From assembly GCA_017540455.1 (NCBI GenBank), contig JAFYAZ010000026.1:1-53635 (forward strand): a stretch of 53,635 nt of DNA, in the 5' to 3' direction. The notes beneath the pieces are model-generated. The model was not told the origin of the DNA. It did no database searches and saw nothing but the letters and a program-made list of their open reading frames with translations. Both the position numbers and the translations under genes were made by a program. Origin of the DNA: Bacilli bacterium (GTDB lineage Bacteria; Bacillota_I; Bacilli_A; RFN20; CAG-826). Shown one piece after another: positions 9,604 to 21,249 of this stretch (position 1 is its first letter; the number at the start of each line of letters is the position of its first letter).

Positions 9604-10484
9604 AAGTCGGATTCGTATCAATTCTCGGTCTTCCAAACGTTGGGAAGAGCACTTTAATAAACGCTATTCTTTCAAAGAAAGTTTCGATCGTCACTTGCAA
9701 ATCGCAGACGACCCGCGACGCTATCATGGGCGTCTATAATGAGAAAGACCTCCAGATTGTCTATATCGACACTCCAGGGCTTTTCCCTGGCGATGAAGCC
9801 CTTTACCAGATGATGGAGAAGAGCGCCCGCAGATCCATGTCCGGCGTTGATGTCATCCTTTACGTCATCGACTCTACTTCGAAGAATTACTCAAAGGACG
9901 AGGAAACCCTTGCCTCAATCAAGAGCGACGCCCCAATCATCCTTCTTTTCAATAAGATCGATGATGTCAGGGTTGAGCAGATGGAAGCACTCCTTGCCCA
10001 TTACAACGAGAAGTATCCAAACTACGAAAAGATTCAGATTTCCGCTAAAACCAACTTTGGTTTGAAAGATATCAAAAATGCGGTGGTGGCTCACCTTTCC
10101 GAAGGACTTCCATATTATCCGGAAGACGTTATCACCGATAAAGACAAGCCATTTATGGCCAAAGAAGCCATCAGAGAAGAGCTTCTCCGCTTCTTGAAAG
10201 ATGAGATTCCTCACGAATGCGCAGTTGAGGTCACTTCTTTCGAAGAGAAAGACGGCGGAATCTTCATCAAAGCCACGATCGTTTCCGAAAAAGAAGGCCA
10301 CAAGGCCATCATCATTGGAAAAGGCGGCGATATGATTAAGAAAATCTCCATGAGCGCTCGTCACAACCTCGAGAAGATGTGGCGTTCCCATGTCACGCTC
10401 ATCTGCCGCGTCGAATGCGTCCCTGGATGGAGAAACGATCCTCGCAAACTCCAGAAACTAGGATATGGCAGAAAAGACGATTAA
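9600..10484 (+). CDS. era: GTPase Era
   Basis: GLPNVGKST, QTTR, DTPG, NKID and KH-domain IIIGKGG. Confidence 0.97.
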   Translation: MKVGFVSILGLPNVGKSTLINAILSKKVSIVTCKSQTTRDAIMGVYNEKDLQIVYIDTPGLFPGDEALYQMMEKSARRSMSGVDVILYVIDSTSKNYSKDEETLASIKSDAPIILLFNKIDDVRVEQMEALLAHYNEKYPNYEKIQISAKTNFGLKDIKNAVVAHLSEGLPYYPEDVITDKDKPFMAKEAIREELLRFLKDEIPHECAVEVTSFEEKDGGIFIKATIVSEKEGHKAIIIGKGGDMIKKISMSARHNLEKMWRSHVTLICRVECVPGWRNDPRKLQKLGYGRKDD

Positions 10485-11184
10485 GAACATCGAAGGCATC
10501 GTCCTTCGTTCAACCCCATATAAAGAAAGTGACGCCATGGTCAATGTTTTGTCGCATGACGGTCTCTTTTCTTTTTTAGGCAGGGGTGTTCAAAAGAACA
10601 TCAGCAAGAACTTCGCTTCCTGCCAACTTCTCTCCAAAGCCAAATTCTCATTGGTTGAACAAAAGAACGGTGGGTATGCCCTTTCAGAGAGCGAGGTCAT
10701 TTCCTTGCCTGATGGCAAAGGGGATTTGACGAGATTAGCCATTTTTAGCTTCCTTAGTGAGGTCAGCGTCAAGCTCATCTCAGAAGAAGAGGCTGGTCAG
10801 ATCTATCCTTGGCTTTGCCAAACCATGGATTTGCTCAAAGAGCCAGGCAAAGAAGCATCCAGTGCGTTGATTTACCTATGCCATTTGTTATCCGTCATTG
10901 GCTACGGTTTAGAGGTCAATGAGTGTGTCACGTGTGGCAAAAAAACCAATATTGTTGGCGTTTCCTTTAGAGATGGTGGCTTTGTTTGTTCCGATTGTGC
11001 CTCGCCTTCTATGAAGATGACACCAAGAAACCTCAAGATCCTCAGATTCTGCTTCAAATGTGGACTTGAGGATGCCTTAAGGGTCAGCTTTGAACCTAAA
11101 GAAAGCCTTTCTTTATTAAAGAACCTTATTAGTTACGTTGAAGATTTCACGGGCGTCAAAGTCAGAAGTCTTGAGTTGCTTTAA
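10465..11184 (+). CDS. recO: DNA repair protein RecO
   Basis: [15 protein letters not shown]-terminus; CVTCG...GGFVCSDC zinc finger; era-recO-glyQS context. Confidence 0.92.
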   Translation: MAEKTIKNIEGIVLRSTPYKESDAMVNVLSHDGLFSFLGRGVQKNISKNFASCQLLSKAKFSLVEQKNGGYALSESEVISLPDGKGDLTRLAIFSFLSEVSVKLISEEEAGQIYPWLCQTMDLLKEPGKEASSALIYLCHLLSVIGYGLEVNECVTCGKKTNIVGVSFRDGGFVCSDCASPSMKMTPRNLKILRFCFKCGLEDALRVSFEPKESLSLLKNLISYVEDFTGVKVRSLELL

Positions 11185-11228
11185 AAACCACTTTAAAATC
11201 AAAAGTGTTCACTTATAAAGGGTTGACT

Positions 11229-11257
11229 TTGATATTTGTCAACCCCCATATTATACT
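11229..11257 (+). promoter_or_regulatory. SigA-type promoter of glyQS-dnaG-rpoD
   Basis: TTGATA-N17-TATACT. Confidence 0.65.
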
Positions 11258-11297
11258 AGGCTCTCGTAGAGAGAATTTTTTATTCGAAAGGATTGAT

Positions 11298-12677
11298 ATG
11301 GCAAACAAAAACTCATTTGAGAAAATCACGACCCATCTTCAACAGACCGGTTATGTTTTTCCAGGTTCACAAATATATGGAGGCTTATCCAACAGTTGGG
11401 ACTACGGCCCATTAGGCGCCGAGCTCAAGAAGAACGTCCGTGAGGCATGGTGGAAGAGATTCGTTCAGGAATCCCCAACCAACGTCGGCATTGATGCTGG
11501 CATTCTTATGAACCCACGCGTTTGGGAAGCCACCGGTCACGTCACGACCTTCAATGATCCAATGGTCGACTGCAAGGCTTGCAAAGCCCGTCACCGTGCC
11601 GATGAACTCATCAAATCCGAATTCCCAGATGCCGATGTCGATAACATGACCTTCGAGCAGATGGATGAATTCATCAAAGAGCATGACGTTAAGTGCCCAG
11701 TCTGCGGAAAGGCTGATTTCACTCCAATCCGTAAGTTCAACATGATGTTCAAGACCCACATCGGTGTTACCGATGACAGCAGCAGCGTCGTCTACCTCCG
11801 TCCAGAGACCGCTCAAGGTGTCTTCGTTAACTTCAAGAACGTCCAGCGTACCCAGAGAAAGAAGCTCCCATTCGGTATTTGCCAGACTGGTAAGAGCTTC
11901 CGTAACGAAATCACCCCAGGGAACTTCACTTTCCGTATCCGCGAGTTCGATCAGATGGAAATGGAATTCTTCTGCAAGCCAGGAACCGACCTTGAATGGT
12001 TCGCTTACTGGAAGGATTACTGCCTCAAATTCGTCGAAAGCCTTGGACCAAAAGCCGAAAACCTTCGCTTCCGCGATCATGAGCCAGCCGAGCTTGCTTT
12101 CTACTCCAAAGCCACGACTGACGTCGAATATGATTTCCCGGATCTCGGTTGGGGAGAAATCCTCGGTGTCGCCGACAGAACCGACTATGATTTGAAGCGT
12201 CACCAGGAATACAGCAAAGAGGATATGACCTACTTTGATCCTGAGACCAACGAGAAATACATCCCTTATGTCATCGAACCATCCATGGGTCTTGATCGAC
12301 TCATGCTCATGGTCATGATGGACAGCTACGATGAGGAGACCTTGGAAGGTGGCGACATCCGTACCGTCATGCACATCCTCCCAGCTCTTGCCCCATACAA
12401 AGTTGCAGTTCTCCCATTATCCAAGAAGCTTGAAGACAAGGCTAAAGAAGTCCTTTCCGTCCTCAACAAGCATTTCCAGGTTACCTATGATGTCACCGGT
12501 TCAATCGGCAAGCGTTACCGCCGCCAGGACGAAATCGGCACCCCATACTGCGTAACCGTTGACTTCGATACTCTTGAAGACAACACCGTCACCATCCGCG
12601 ACCGCGATACCATGCAGCAAATCCGCATGCCTATCGACGAGCTCGTCAAACATTTCGAAGACAAATTCGTATTCTAA
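11298..12677 (+). CDS. glyQS: Glycyl-tRNA synthetase, alpha2 type
   Basis: [40 protein letters not shown] and [15 protein letters not shown] motifs. Confidence 0.97.
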   Translation: MANKNSFEKITTHLQQTGYVFPGSQIYGGLSNSWDYGPLGAELKKNVREAWWKRFVQESPTNVGIDAGILMNPRVWEATGHVTTFNDPMVDCKACKARHRADELIKSEFPDADVDNMTFEQMDEFIKEHDVKCPVCGKADFTPIRKFNMMFKTHIGVTDDSSSVVYLRPETAQGVFVNFKNVQRTQRKKLPFGICQTGKSFRNEITPGNFTFRIREFDQMEMEFFCKPGTDLEWFAYWKDYCLKFVESLGPKAENLRFRDHEPAELAFYSKATTDVEYDFPDLGWGEILGVADRTDYDLKRHQEYSKEDMTYFDPETNEKYIPYVIEPSMGLDRLMLMVMMDSYDEETLEGGDIRTVMHILPALAPYKVAVLPLSKKLEDKAKEVLSVLNKHFQVTYDVTGSIGKRYRRQDEIGTPYCVTVDFDTLEDNTVTIRDRDTMQQIRMPIDELVKHFEDKFVF

Positions 12678-12699
12678 GTTCGCTTAAAGGAGGCAATTG

Positions 12700-14523
12700 A
12701 TGGCCTATTCACCTGAACTCATCGACGCATTATTGGCCCAAACCGATATCGTCGATGTCATCAAGGCTTACATCCCGGTTACCAAAAAGGGTCGCAACTA
12801 CATGGCCCTTTGTCCTTTTCATGATGACAAGCACCCAAGTTTGTCCATCTCCCCAGAGAGACAAATCTTCAAATGCTTCGTCTGTGGAACAGCCGGAAAC
12901 GCCATCACATTTGTCTCCAAATACGAGAAGATTTCTTATGGCGAAGCTGTCCGTAAGGTAGCCGATATTGTCGGCTTCCATGACGACAGACTCGAAAAAG
13001 AGGCCTTTGTCCCCAAGAAAGACCTAACTCTTGAACCTTTATATAACTGCATCAATGACTTGCAGAAGTTCTATGAGTACGACCTCAGCATCCCTGAAGG
13101 CAAGATAGCGAAAGATTACCTTGCCGAAAGGAACATCGACGAGGCACAGGTAAAGAAATACAAAATCGGTTATTCCTTAGCCGATGGCCGAAAGACCATC
13201 GAGTTCTTGCTCGCCCATAACCATTCCCTCAAGTCAATTGAGGACATCGGCATTGCCTTAGCGAGCAATAACGCCAAAGACGCTAACGCCGGAAGACTTA
13301 TCTTCCCGTTATGCGATCCAAATGGCCAGGTCGTCGGATTCAGCGCTCGTAAGCTCAAGAAAGAGCAGGATCCGAAGTACGTCAATTCTCCTGAGACCCC
13401 AATCTTCCATAAAGGAAAGATTCTCTATAACTACCATAACGTCAAAGGAATCACCCGCCATGAAGGCTATGTCTACGTCCTTGAAGGATTCATGGACGTC
13501 ATGGCTCTCGACAAAGCAGGAATTCCTAGCGCCGTCGCCCTTATGGGTACCGCCTTATCATCTGACCAAATCGCATTATTAAGGAAACTTAACTGCGAAA
13601 TAAGGCTTTGCCTTGATGGTGATGCCGCCGGCCAAATTGGCATGATGAAGATCATCACTCAGCTTAATGCTGCCGGCTTGCAATACCGTTTGGTCAGCAA
13701 TCCTAACGATCTACGCGACCCAGACGACATTCTCCAAGAAAGCGGTCCTGAGGCCTTAAAGGAAGCCATGTCCCATCTTGTCGATGCGATGGACTTCCAA
13801 ATTAACTATTACCTCAACGTCAAGAAACTTGAGACACCTGATGAACGCCGCAAAGTCATGCTTTACTTCATTAGGTTCCTCAGAAATGTCCCGGCGGGAA
13901 TCGACCGTGATAACTACATTGCCAAACTCTCAAAAGCGACTGGCTATGAGATGGAGGCAATCAGGTTTCAAATCAACCGAAAGATCGTCAGCAAAGAGGA
14001 CGAAGAGGAGGCGAGCATCGCCGTTGATGAACTCGACTTCTCAAGACTCCACCCTGAAAAACTCCTCCAAAAGAGGCTTCTTAGGGCGGAACGACAGGCT
14101 CTCTACTATATGCTTAACGAGATGAGTGCAGTCAAATACTTCGAAGATAAGATCGGCAATTTCTATACATCGGTCTACAACCAGATCGCCAACTACATCG
14201 TCGATTACCAAGAGTCGCGAAAGGAAAGCGTTACATTGCCGTTGCTTATCAACGATATCTCGAACGCCAACGATGAAGACGCTGATACGCTTATCAGCCG
14301 TCTGACCGAAATATCATCTGAACGTTATTACCCGCCTTACACTGACCAAGGGATGCAAGAGGTAATCAGCGTCATCAAAGACGAGAAAGACAAGATATTC
14401 GATCGTGAGCAAACCACCAAAGCCATATCAAGGAAAGATGCCGACCCTCATCAGATCGGCGAAGCCCTCAAAGACTTTGCTGCCAGACAAAGAGAGCGAC
14501 TCAAACGAAATAAAAAAGATTAA
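12700..14523 (+). CDS. dnaG: DNA primase
   Basis: CPFHDD...CFVC zinc finger; [17 protein letters not shown] and DPD TOPRIM motifs; SD AAGGAGG. Confidence 0.97.
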   Translation: MAYSPELIDALLAQTDIVDVIKAYIPVTKKGRNYMALCPFHDDKHPSLSISPERQIFKCFVCGTAGNAITFVSKYEKISYGEAVRKVADIVGFHDDRLEKEAFVPKKDLTLEPLYNCINDLQKFYEYDLSIPEGKIAKDYLAERNIDEAQVKKYKIGYSLADGRKTIEFLLAHNHSLKSIEDIGIALASNNAKDANAGRLIFPLCDPNGQVVGFSARKLKKEQDPKYVNSPETPIFHKGKILYNYHNVKGITRHEGYVYVLEGFMDVMALDKAGIPSAVALMGTALSSDQIALLRKLNCEIRLCLDGDAAGQIGMMKIITQLNAAGLQYRLVSNPNDLRDPDDILQESGPEALKEAMSHLVDAMDFQINYYLNVKKLETPDERRKVMLYFIRFLRNVPAGIDRDNYIAKLSKATGYEMEAIRFQINRKIVSKEDEEEASIAVDELDFSRLHPEKLLQKRLLRAERQALYYMLNEMSAVKYFEDKIGNFYTSVYNQIANYIVDYQESRKESVTLPLLINDISNANDEDADTLISRLTEISSERYYPPYTDQGMQEVISVIKDEKDKIFDREQTTKAISRKDADPHQIGEALKDFAARQRERLKRNKKD

Positions 14524-14542
14524 AGAAAGGAAGCAAAACCCC

Positions 14543-16081
14543 ATGCCAAAGAAAGAAAAACAAGAACTTGCTGAAGAGAAGAAAACCAAGAAGTCTCCTG
14601 CTAAGAAAGCAGCCAAAAAGAAAGCCGAGGATGATGCTTTCGAATCTTTTGACGCCGGATTCAACGACGTCGATATCGATGATTCTGAGGATTCTGGCAT
14701 TGATAAAACCTTAGAAGCCATCAAGAAACAATTCATGAAAAAGGCCAAGTCCAGCGGCTCGGTCAACCAAGAAGAGCTCATGGATGTCGCTGCGAAACAC
14801 GATATCAGTGAGAACGACCTAGAGCGCCTCATCGCTTACTTCAGCGAGAACAATGTTAAAGTCATCACTGATGAAGAAGAAGCCGAAGATGAAGACATCG
14901 ATCCATCGATGCTCGATCTCGAAAAAGCCAACCGCGAAGCCGAAGAAGAAATCGATGACGTCGATATCGATGAAACCGATCAGGAAATCGCTAACATCGA
15001 TGACAGCACGATTGATGAGTTCGCTAGAGTCCAATCCGGCGACGTCAAAGTCAATGACTCCGTCAAGATGTACCTCAAGGAAATCGGCAAGGTCCGCTTG
15101 CTTACCGCCAAAGAGGAAACCGAGCTCGCCGAAACCATCAAACGTGGCGAGGCTGCAAAAGAACAGTACGACAAGAGAATCGCCCACAAGGACGAGGAAT
15201 TAGCCGCTCTTAAGGCCAAATGTGAGGCCGAAGGGCTCGATCTTAGCGTTGAAACAAGCAAGCTCGAGGCCGACTTAAGAGGCCTTTACTACGAAGGTGA
15301 GGAAGGCGTTAACGCTAAGAACCGCTTAATCACCGCGAACCTCCGTCTTGTCATCGCTATCGCCAAGCACTACGTTGGCCGTGGCATGCATTTCCTTGAT
15401 CTGATTCAGGAAGGCAACATGGGTCTTATCAAAGCCGTTGAGAAATTCGACTACACCAAAGGTTTTAAGTTCTCGACCTACGCCACTTGGTGGATCCGTC
15501 AGGCCATTACCCGTGCCATCGCTGACCAAGCCAGAACCATCCGTATCCCAGTTCATATGGTTGAAACCATCAACAAGATGACCAGGGTTCAGCGTCAGCT
15601 TGTCCAAGAACTTGGCAGAGACCCAACACCAGAGGAAATCAGCAAGAAGATGGAAGGCGCTCTCACCCCAGAAAGAATCCGTGAAATTCAGCGCATCGCT
15701 CTTGAACCAGTTTCCCTTGAAACTCCAATCGGCGAGGAAGACGATTCCCACCTTGGCGATTTTATCGAAGATAAAGAAGTCCAATCCCCAGAGGAATTCA
15801 CCACAAAATCCCTCTTAAAGGATGAACTTTACGAAATCATGCACGATTTAACCGACCGCGAAGAAAGAGTCCTCAGACTCCGCTACGGCCTTGATGACAA
15901 CCGTCCAAGGACCCTTGAGGAAGTTGGCAAGGAATTCGGTGTTACTCGTGAGCGTATCCGTCAGATTGAAGCCAAAGCTATCAGAAAGCTCCGCCATCCA
16001 ACGAGAGCTAAGAGACTTGGCGACTATCAGGACGCTTATTACCCAGAGGGACCAGATACCCATTCCAAGGGCAATAAATAA
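14543..16081 (+). CDS. rpoD: Primary sigma factor RpoD/SigA
   Basis: [42 protein letters not shown] and TRERIRQIE motifs; start set at ATG 14543. Confidence 0.97.
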   Translation: MPKKEKQELAEEKKTKKSPAKKAAKKKAEDDAFESFDAGFNDVDIDDSEDSGIDKTLEAIKKQFMKKAKSSGSVNQEELMDVAAKHDISENDLERLIAYFSENNVKVITDEEEAEDEDIDPSMLDLEKANREAEEEIDDVDIDETDQEIANIDDSTIDEFARVQSGDVKVNDSVKMYLKEIGKVRLLTAKEETELAETIKRGEAAKEQYDKRIAHKDEELAALKAKCEAEGLDLSVETSKLEADLRGLYYEGEEGVNAKNRLITANLRLVIAIAKHYVGRGMHFLDLIQEGNMGLIKAVEKFDYTKGFKFSTYATWWIRQAITRAIADQARTIRIPVHMVETINKMTRVQRQLVQELGRDPTPEEISKKMEGALTPERIREIQRIALEPVSLETPIGEEDDSHLGDFIEDKEVQSPEEFTTKSLLKDELYEIMHDLTDREERVLRLRYGLDDNRPRTLEEVGKEFGVTRERIRQIEAKAIRKLRHPTRAKRLGDYQDAYYPEGPDTHSKGNK

Positions 16082-16102
16082 CCTTTATTCGACACAAATA
16101 CG

Positions 16103-16783
16103 ATGAAAAAGCTTTCTAACAGGTTGTTAAAACTTGCGGAATACGTTGTTCCAGGTTCTTTCGTCGCAGATATCGGAAGCGACCATTGTCTGCTTCCGAT
16201 TTTCTTATGCCAGCAAGGATTGGTAGCCGGAGCCTTCGCCGTCGATAACAAAAAAGGTCCTTACGGAAGAATGGTCGAGGCAATTAAAGAATCAGGGTTA
16301 GAGGAAAAGATCTCTCCTTCGCTCAGCAACGGCATCGAAAAGTTGGACCCAAGATGCGACACCATTGTCTTAGCTGGTATGGGTGGTCGTTTAATATCAG
16401 AAATTTTGACTAGCCATAAAGAAAGATTGGAGAACATCAAATATATCTTGGTTGATGCCCATACAGACCTTGAATTCGTCTATGATGTTCTAGCTTCATT
16501 GGGCTATGAGATCGAAATGAGCGAGTTCCTCATAGATAAAGACAAACCGTATGACATAATGCGGTGGACGAAGGCTGCTACAAAACCATCCTACACAAGC
16601 CTTGAGAAGAAGTATGGATACTTTAACGTCCAGCAGCCAAACAAGGCTTGGAGAGATTATTATTCGAGGCAGATAGAGATCAGCGAGAACATCAAAAAGG
16701 TTCTTCCTAAGGATTCAGGCAAAATTCAGGAATTGGAAGCCCAAATCAGCGAGATAAAAAACATATTAAAAATAGGCGATTGA
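16103..16783 (+). CDS. trmK: tRNA m1A22 methyltransferase TrmK
   Basis: LSNRL, ADIGSDH and LAGMGG motifs; sigA-trmK context. Confidence 0.92.
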   Translation: MKKLSNRLLKLAEYVVPGSFVADIGSDHCLLPIFLCQQGLVAGAFAVDNKKGPYGRMVEAIKESGLEEKISPSLSNGIEKLDPRCDTIVLAGMGGRLISEILTSHKERLENIKYILVDAHTDLEFVYDVLASLGYEIEMSEFLIDKDKPYDIMRWTKAATKPSYTSLEKKYGYFNVQQPNKAWRDYYSRQIEISENIKKVLPKDSGKIQELEAQISEIKNILKIGD

Positions 16784-16802
16784 TATTTCATTCGCCTATT
16801 TT
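16769..16802 (+). terminator. Hairpin terminator overlapping the trmK stop
   Basis: AAAATAGGCGA...TCGCCTATTTT inverted repeat. Confidence 0.65.
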
Positions 16803-16930
16803 GATAGTTTCATTACATTTCATTTGATAGATAAGTAGTTGTGCTTAATGAAAATTCTTCCAAACTACTAACTAACAACTAGGTTAAAACTAACGCCTTT
16901 CTAAACGACTGGAACGATTTTTCGCTGAAA

Positions 16931-17803
16931 TTAGACCTTTTCAAGGTAGGCTTTAACTTCCTCAAATTCCCTTAATCCAGTCGATGCTCCGCTGATCAAA
17001 GCGGCGTGTTTTGATTTCTTAAGGAAAATCTTTTTAAGGTCCTCGACATCAAGGCATCTGAGCACGACAGCCTTTGGATATTTGGCTGTAGCAAGGTCAT
17101 ATAACTTCATGGTGTTGTTGCTGGTTTTGGAACCCATCACTATATAAAGATCTATATCGCTTGGAGCGGTGCAAATGGCACTTTGTCGTTTGTCTGTAGC
17201 ATCACAAACCCTTGCAGCGACGTCGATTTCAGGAAAATGGTCTTTAAGTAAGGAAACTGATTCTTTCATCTCTTCAGTTCCCATGGTTGTTTGGGAGACT
17301 AAAAGTGGATTTTTGACGCTTATTTGAGCAAAATCGAAGGATTTTTGAGGTTCATAGAGGAAAATTTTGGATTCGTCGATCTTAAGAGTGCCTTCAGTTT
17401 CGGCATGACCGGCTTGTCCGATGTAGATGACCTCGCCGCCTTCCATAATCCTTTTCTTAATAAGAGTGGAATTGGCTCTTACGAAAGGACAGGTTGCGTC
17501 ATATCTAATTAATCCTTTAGCTATTGCTTTCTCGTCGAGGTGAGGATCGTGGCCATGGGCAGAAAATACGATAATATCGCCCTTTTTAAGCGTATCAATC
17601 CATTCAGAAAGGCTCTTTTTGCGTTCATCTAAAATGATGAAACCGTCTTTCTCAAGGTCGCTGATAACTTTCTCGTTGTGAACAAGGTTCCCGAGAATAT
17701 AAATAGGCTGGTTCGGGTGTTCTTTCTTGGCTTTGTAAGCATGATCAAGAGCTCTTTGAACTCCTGCGCAGAAGCCGTGGGGATTTATCACTGTGACCTT
17801 CAT
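16931..17803 (-). CDS. ispH: HMBPP reductase IspH (LytB)
   Basis: GFCAGV, VHN, SAHG, DATCPFV, GHAE, QTT, VCDAT and SNN motifs. Confidence 0.95.
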   Translation of the reverse strand: MKVTVINPHGFCAGVQRALDHAYKAKKEHPNQPIYILGNLVHNEKVISDLEKDGFIILDERKKSLSEWIDTLKKGDIIVFSAHGHDPHLDEKAIAKGLIRYDATCPFVRANSTLIKKRIMEGGEVIYIGQAGHAETEGTLKIDESKIFLYEPQKSFDFAQISVKNPLLVSQTTMGTEEMKESVSLLKDHFPEIDVAARVCDATDKRQSAICTAPSDIDLYIVMGSKTSNNTMKLYDLATAKYPKAVVLRCLDVEDLKKIFLKKSKHAALISGASTGLREFEEVKAYLEKV

Positions 17804-17865
17804 GGCTTTAATTATCACTCCTATATGATGCGAATAAAAGGAACTTCCTCTATAATAAACTCATT

Positions 17866-19227
17866 ATGAGTTTCAAATCGTTTAACCTCTCGCAACAATT
17901 AACAAACGCCTTAGCCAAACTAGGGTATATAGATCCGTCACCAGTTCAGAAGGCTATTATCCCAAAAGCCCTCCGTGGTGTTTCTTTGCTCGCACAGAGC
18001 GAAACCGGCAGTGGAAAGACCCATGCTTTCCTTATTCCTCTTATCGAAAAGATCGATATGAACCTCAATAGGCCACAAGCCATCGTTATTTCTCCAACAA
18101 GAGAGTTAGCCAGGCAGACCTATGAATTCGCTTTCGAGTTCACTCGTTTCTTCCCAAAATTCAAAGTCCGTCTTTATTCCTCGGAGAGCGATGTCAGCGA
18201 TAACGTCGAAGGAAAAAGCGTTCCTCCTCAGCTGATCATCGGCACCCCAGGAAGGCTTAAAGACCTTCTTATCACCAAACACATCTTCTTCTTAGGCAAC
18301 ATCAAACGCGTTGTCCTTGATGAAGCCGATATGCTTTTAGATATGGGATTCTTCGGTGATATCGAAGATATATTTGCCAACTTAGAAGACCCTCAGACAA
18401 TGGTATTCTCCGCAACCTTAAAGCAGAATCTCAAGGATGAGCTTCTCAAATTTGTAAGAAGCGATTTCCAATTTGAAAACGATAATGTTCAGACAGCGTC
18501 GACTGTTAAACACCACCTCATCGACATCAAACACATCGGCGAGAGCGCTGCTTTGCTTGCTTTCCTAAAGATCAGGAAACCATATCTGGCGATTATCTTT
18601 GCCTCAACGGTGGAGAAGGTCAACCAAATCAATAAGTCTCTGAAAGAGAACGGTTTCGACACGATCTATTTCACCGGTTCATTGGATGACCGTTCTAGAA
18701 AGAAAGCTCTCCGTCAAATTAAGAGCAACACTTGCAGCATCATCGTTGCCAGCGACATCCTTTCCCGCGGTTTAGACATCCCTGATGTCAGCGACGTCAT
18801 TTCCGTCGATCTTCCAAACGATTTAGAGTTCTACCATCATCGTGCAGGACGTACTGGAAGATTCGGAAAGTCCGGTGATTCCTGGGTTTTCTTCAATGCT
18901 GACTCTGTCAGTGGACCAATCGCTCTTCAGAAAGAAGGCGTTAAGTTCGATTACTTCTCCTTAAAAGGAAACGAGCTTAAACCAGAGACCCTTGGCCCAA
19001 GTGAGAAGCGCAAAATGACCAAGAAGAAAGAACTTCCTGAAGCCGAGATGAAAGACATCAAGATCGCCAAGGCTCTTTCGAGAACCAAAGGCGTTGAGCC
19101 AGGCTACAAGAAGAAAAAGAAAGAGGCCATCGACAAGGTTAAGCGCAAATACCGTCGAATGGCCATTAGAAACAGCGTTCGTAAACAGCTAGATATTTCT
19201 TTTAGAAATAACGATGATGAGGATTAA
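17866..19227 (+). CDS. cshB: DEAD-box RNA helicase (CshB-like)
   Basis: TGSGKT, PTRELA, GTPGR, DEAD, SAT and HRAGRTGR motifs; basic tail PGYKKK. Confidence 0.88.
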   Translation: MSFKSFNLSQQLTNALAKLGYIDPSPVQKAIIPKALRGVSLLAQSETGSGKTHAFLIPLIEKIDMNLNRPQAIVISPTRELARQTYEFAFEFTRFFPKFKVRLYSSESDVSDNVEGKSVPPQLIIGTPGRLKDLLITKHIFFLGNIKRVVLDEADMLLDMGFFGDIEDIFANLEDPQTMVFSATLKQNLKDELLKFVRSDFQFENDNVQTASTVKHHLIDIKHIGESAALLAFLKIRKPYLAIIFASTVEKVNQINKSLKENGFDTIYFTGSLDDRSRKKALRQIKSNTCSIIVASDILSRGLDIPDVSDVISVDLPNDLEFYHHRAGRTGRFGKSGDSWVFFNADSVSGPIALQKEGVKFDYFSLKGNELKPETLGPSEKRKMTKKKELPEAEMKDIKIAKALSRTKGVEPGYKKKKKEAIDKVKRKYRRMAIRNSVRKQLDISFRNNDDED

Positions 19228-20270
19228 CGATTAATTTCCTCGATGAGGGCGTCATAAGCGTCCTCATCTTTTACTTCACGGACAGTCTCGCCTTTACGGA
19301 AGATGACCCATTTGCCTCTTCCTCCAGCGATGCCGATGTCAGCGTGTCTTGCTTCGCCTGGGCCGTTAACGATGCAACCCATGACGGCGACAGTTTTATA
19401 GATTCTCTTTTCTTCAAGGTACTTCATGACCTTTTTGGCAAGTGGAATGAGGTCGACAGCGGTTCTACCACAGGTAGGGCAGCTGATAAATGTTGGCCAG
19501 TCTTTCTTTAAGCCGAGATCATGGAGAAGACGCGATGCCGCCAAAACTTCTTCCTCAGGGTCTTCGCTAAGGGAAATCCTGATTGTGTCTCCGATTCCAT
19601 CTAAAAGGAGTGGGGAAAGACCCGCTGCAGAGCGAATCAAGGAAATGTCTTTTGGACCAGCTTCAGTGATACCCAAATGAAGTGGATACGGGAAATAATC
19701 TGAGGCAAGTTTATAGGCTTCTATTGTCTCCTGGACATCGCTTCCCTTTAAGGAAATGACGATATCGTGGAATCCATACTTTTCAAGCATGGCTACGTGC
19801 TTTTTCGCACTTTCAAAGAGCCATTCGCCTTTGATTTTTTCTTTTCCGAAGTAAATGGTTTTATCAAGGGAGCCACCATTGACTCCGACACGGATGGCGG
19901 CGTGTTTCTCCTTGGCTTTGTTAACGACTTCTTGGACGCGTTCTTCGCTTCCGATGTTTCCAGGATTAATCCTGATGGCGTCAACACCGGCGTCCAATGC
20001 GGCTAAAGCCAAGCGATAATCGATATGAATGTCTGCAACTAAAGGAATAGAGACTCTCTTTTTGATCTCTTTGAAGGCTTCGGCATCCTCAAAATCGAGG
20101 ACGGAGCAGCGCATCAGCTCCGCACCAAGTGCAGCGCATCTGTTAATTTGTGCCGAGACTTCCTCGATCTTGGATGTCTTAATAGAGCACATCGACTGAA
20201 TGATTACGTGGTCGCTTCCGCCAATGGATATTTGGCCTATTTGGATTTTTCTCGTCTCATTCCTTTTCAT
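19224..20270 (-). CDS. ispG: HMBPP synthase IspG (GcpE)
   Basis: IQSM, PLVADIH, RINPGNIG, LHLGITEAG, SCPTCGR and MGCIVNGPGEA motifs. Confidence 0.97.
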   Translation of the reverse strand: MKRNETRKIQIGQISIGGSDHVIIQSMCSIKTSKIEEVSAQINRCAALGAELMRCSVLDFEDAEAFKEIKKRVSIPLVADIHIDYRLALAALDAGVDAIRINPGNIGSEERVQEVVNKAKEKHAAIRVGVNGGSLDKTIYFGKEKIKGEWLFESAKKHVAMLEKYGFHDIVISLKGSDVQETIEAYKLASDYFPYPLHLGITEAGPKDISLIRSAAGLSPLLLDGIGDTIRISLSEDPEEEVLAASRLLHDLGLKKDWPTFISCPTCGRTAVDLIPLAKKVMKYLEEKRIYKTVAVMGCIVNGPGEARHADIGIAGGRGKWVIFRKGETVREVKDEDAYDALIEEINR

Positions 20271-20368
20271 ATATGAAACATTTTAAACATTTTTGTGGTT
20301 TTATTGTAGATAAATTGGCTGGTCTATGATATTCTTAGCCTCGCACGAGAAAGTGAGGGGAACAATTT

Positions 20369-20530
20369 ATGGCCATCAGCAAACGTGATCAAGTGATTCT
20401 TGCCTGCACCGAATGCGGCGAGCACAACTATATTACCGACCGCAATAAGAAGCTTCATCCTAACAAGATGGAAAAAATGAAGTTTTGCAGACGCTGCAAT
20501 AAAATGACACTCCATAAGGAATGCAAATAA
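20369..20530 (+). CDS. rpmG: 50S ribosomal protein L33 (Zn-binding form); not in the ORF track
   Basis: Own translation: MAISKRDQVILACTECGEHNYITDRNKKLHPNKMEKMKFCRRCNKMTLHKECK; SD GAGGGG. Confidence 0.96.
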   Translation: MAISKRDQVILACTECGEHNYITDRNKKLHPNKMEKMKFCRRCNKMTLHKECK

Positions 20531-20555
20531 ATAAGGCAATTGCCTTATTTTTTTT
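20529..20555 (+). terminator. Intrinsic terminator after rpmG
   Basis: AAATAAGGC-AATT-GCCTTATTT plus T tract. Confidence 0.75.
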
Positions 20556-21194
20556 ATGAAAATCGAGAGATTCAACATTGGGGACGATTATGTCTGCAAC
20601 ATGTATATCGTCGGCGAAGAAGGCGAGCCATGCATTGTTGTTGATCCAGGTGCTGACCCTAACAATTTCATTGAGAAATACGTTAGGAAACACCATAACG
20701 GACAGATAGCCGGATTCCTTTTGACGCATGGTCACTATGACCACATCGAAGGGCTAAGGCTCTGCACCATGCAAGCGCCTGTCTACGTCCACCTTCTTGA
20801 GGAAGAGTTTTTAGTTGAGCCAGCCTACAACCTTTCGCTCGATTTCCTCGATCACCTCTATATAAGAGGCCTTAAGACAAAGCTCTTTATCGACAAGGAT
20901 GTCCTTAATATCGGCAATTACGAAATCAAGGTTATCCATACGCCATTCCACACGAGGGGAAGCTCTTGTTTCTATTTCGAGAAAGAACACGTTCTTTTCT
21001 CGGGAGATACGCTCTTCCATCTAAGCATCGGAAGGACGGATCTCATCACCGGAAGTAACAAAACCGTCGAAAGCAGTTTGCAGAAACTTGTGGTTTTGCC
21101 TCCGGAGACAAAAGTCTATCCAGGACACGGTCCATCAACCACGATTGGTGATGAATTACGACTCAATCCATACCTAACGAGGTTAAAAAAGTAG
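20556..21194 (+). CDS. MBL-fold metallo-hydrolase (glyoxalase II/YqgX-like)
   Basis: THGHYDH, HTPFHTRGS, FSGDTLF and YPGHG motifs. Confidence 0.92.
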   Translation: MKIERFNIGDDYVCNMYIVGEEGEPCIVVDPGADPNNFIEKYVRKHHNGQIAGFLLTHGHYDHIEGLRLCTMQAPVYVHLLEEEFLVEPAYNLSLDFLDHLYIRGLKTKLFIDKDVLNIGNYEIKVIHTPFHTRGSSCFYFEKEHVLFSGDTLFHLSIGRTDLITGSNKTVESSLQKLVVLPPETKVYPGHGPSTTIGDELRLNPYLTRLKK

Positions 21195-21249
21195 ATACTT
21201 TACAAATCTTGGTATAGAATACCATAGTCAAAATTAAGGAGATTTTAGA

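Noticed and set aside
11412-12374. 320-aa antisense ORF in glyQS (and similar shadow ORFs in dnaJ, rpoD, parC, tkt, rel and secDF)
   Set aside because: Expected by-product of biased codon usage on the coding strand; no motifs or expression signals.
16931-20270. ispH and ispG on the opposite strand, as possible horizontal insertions
   Set aside because: These genes lie in the same sigA-trmK-ispH-cshB-ispG neighbourhood in B. subtilis; no mobile-element traces.
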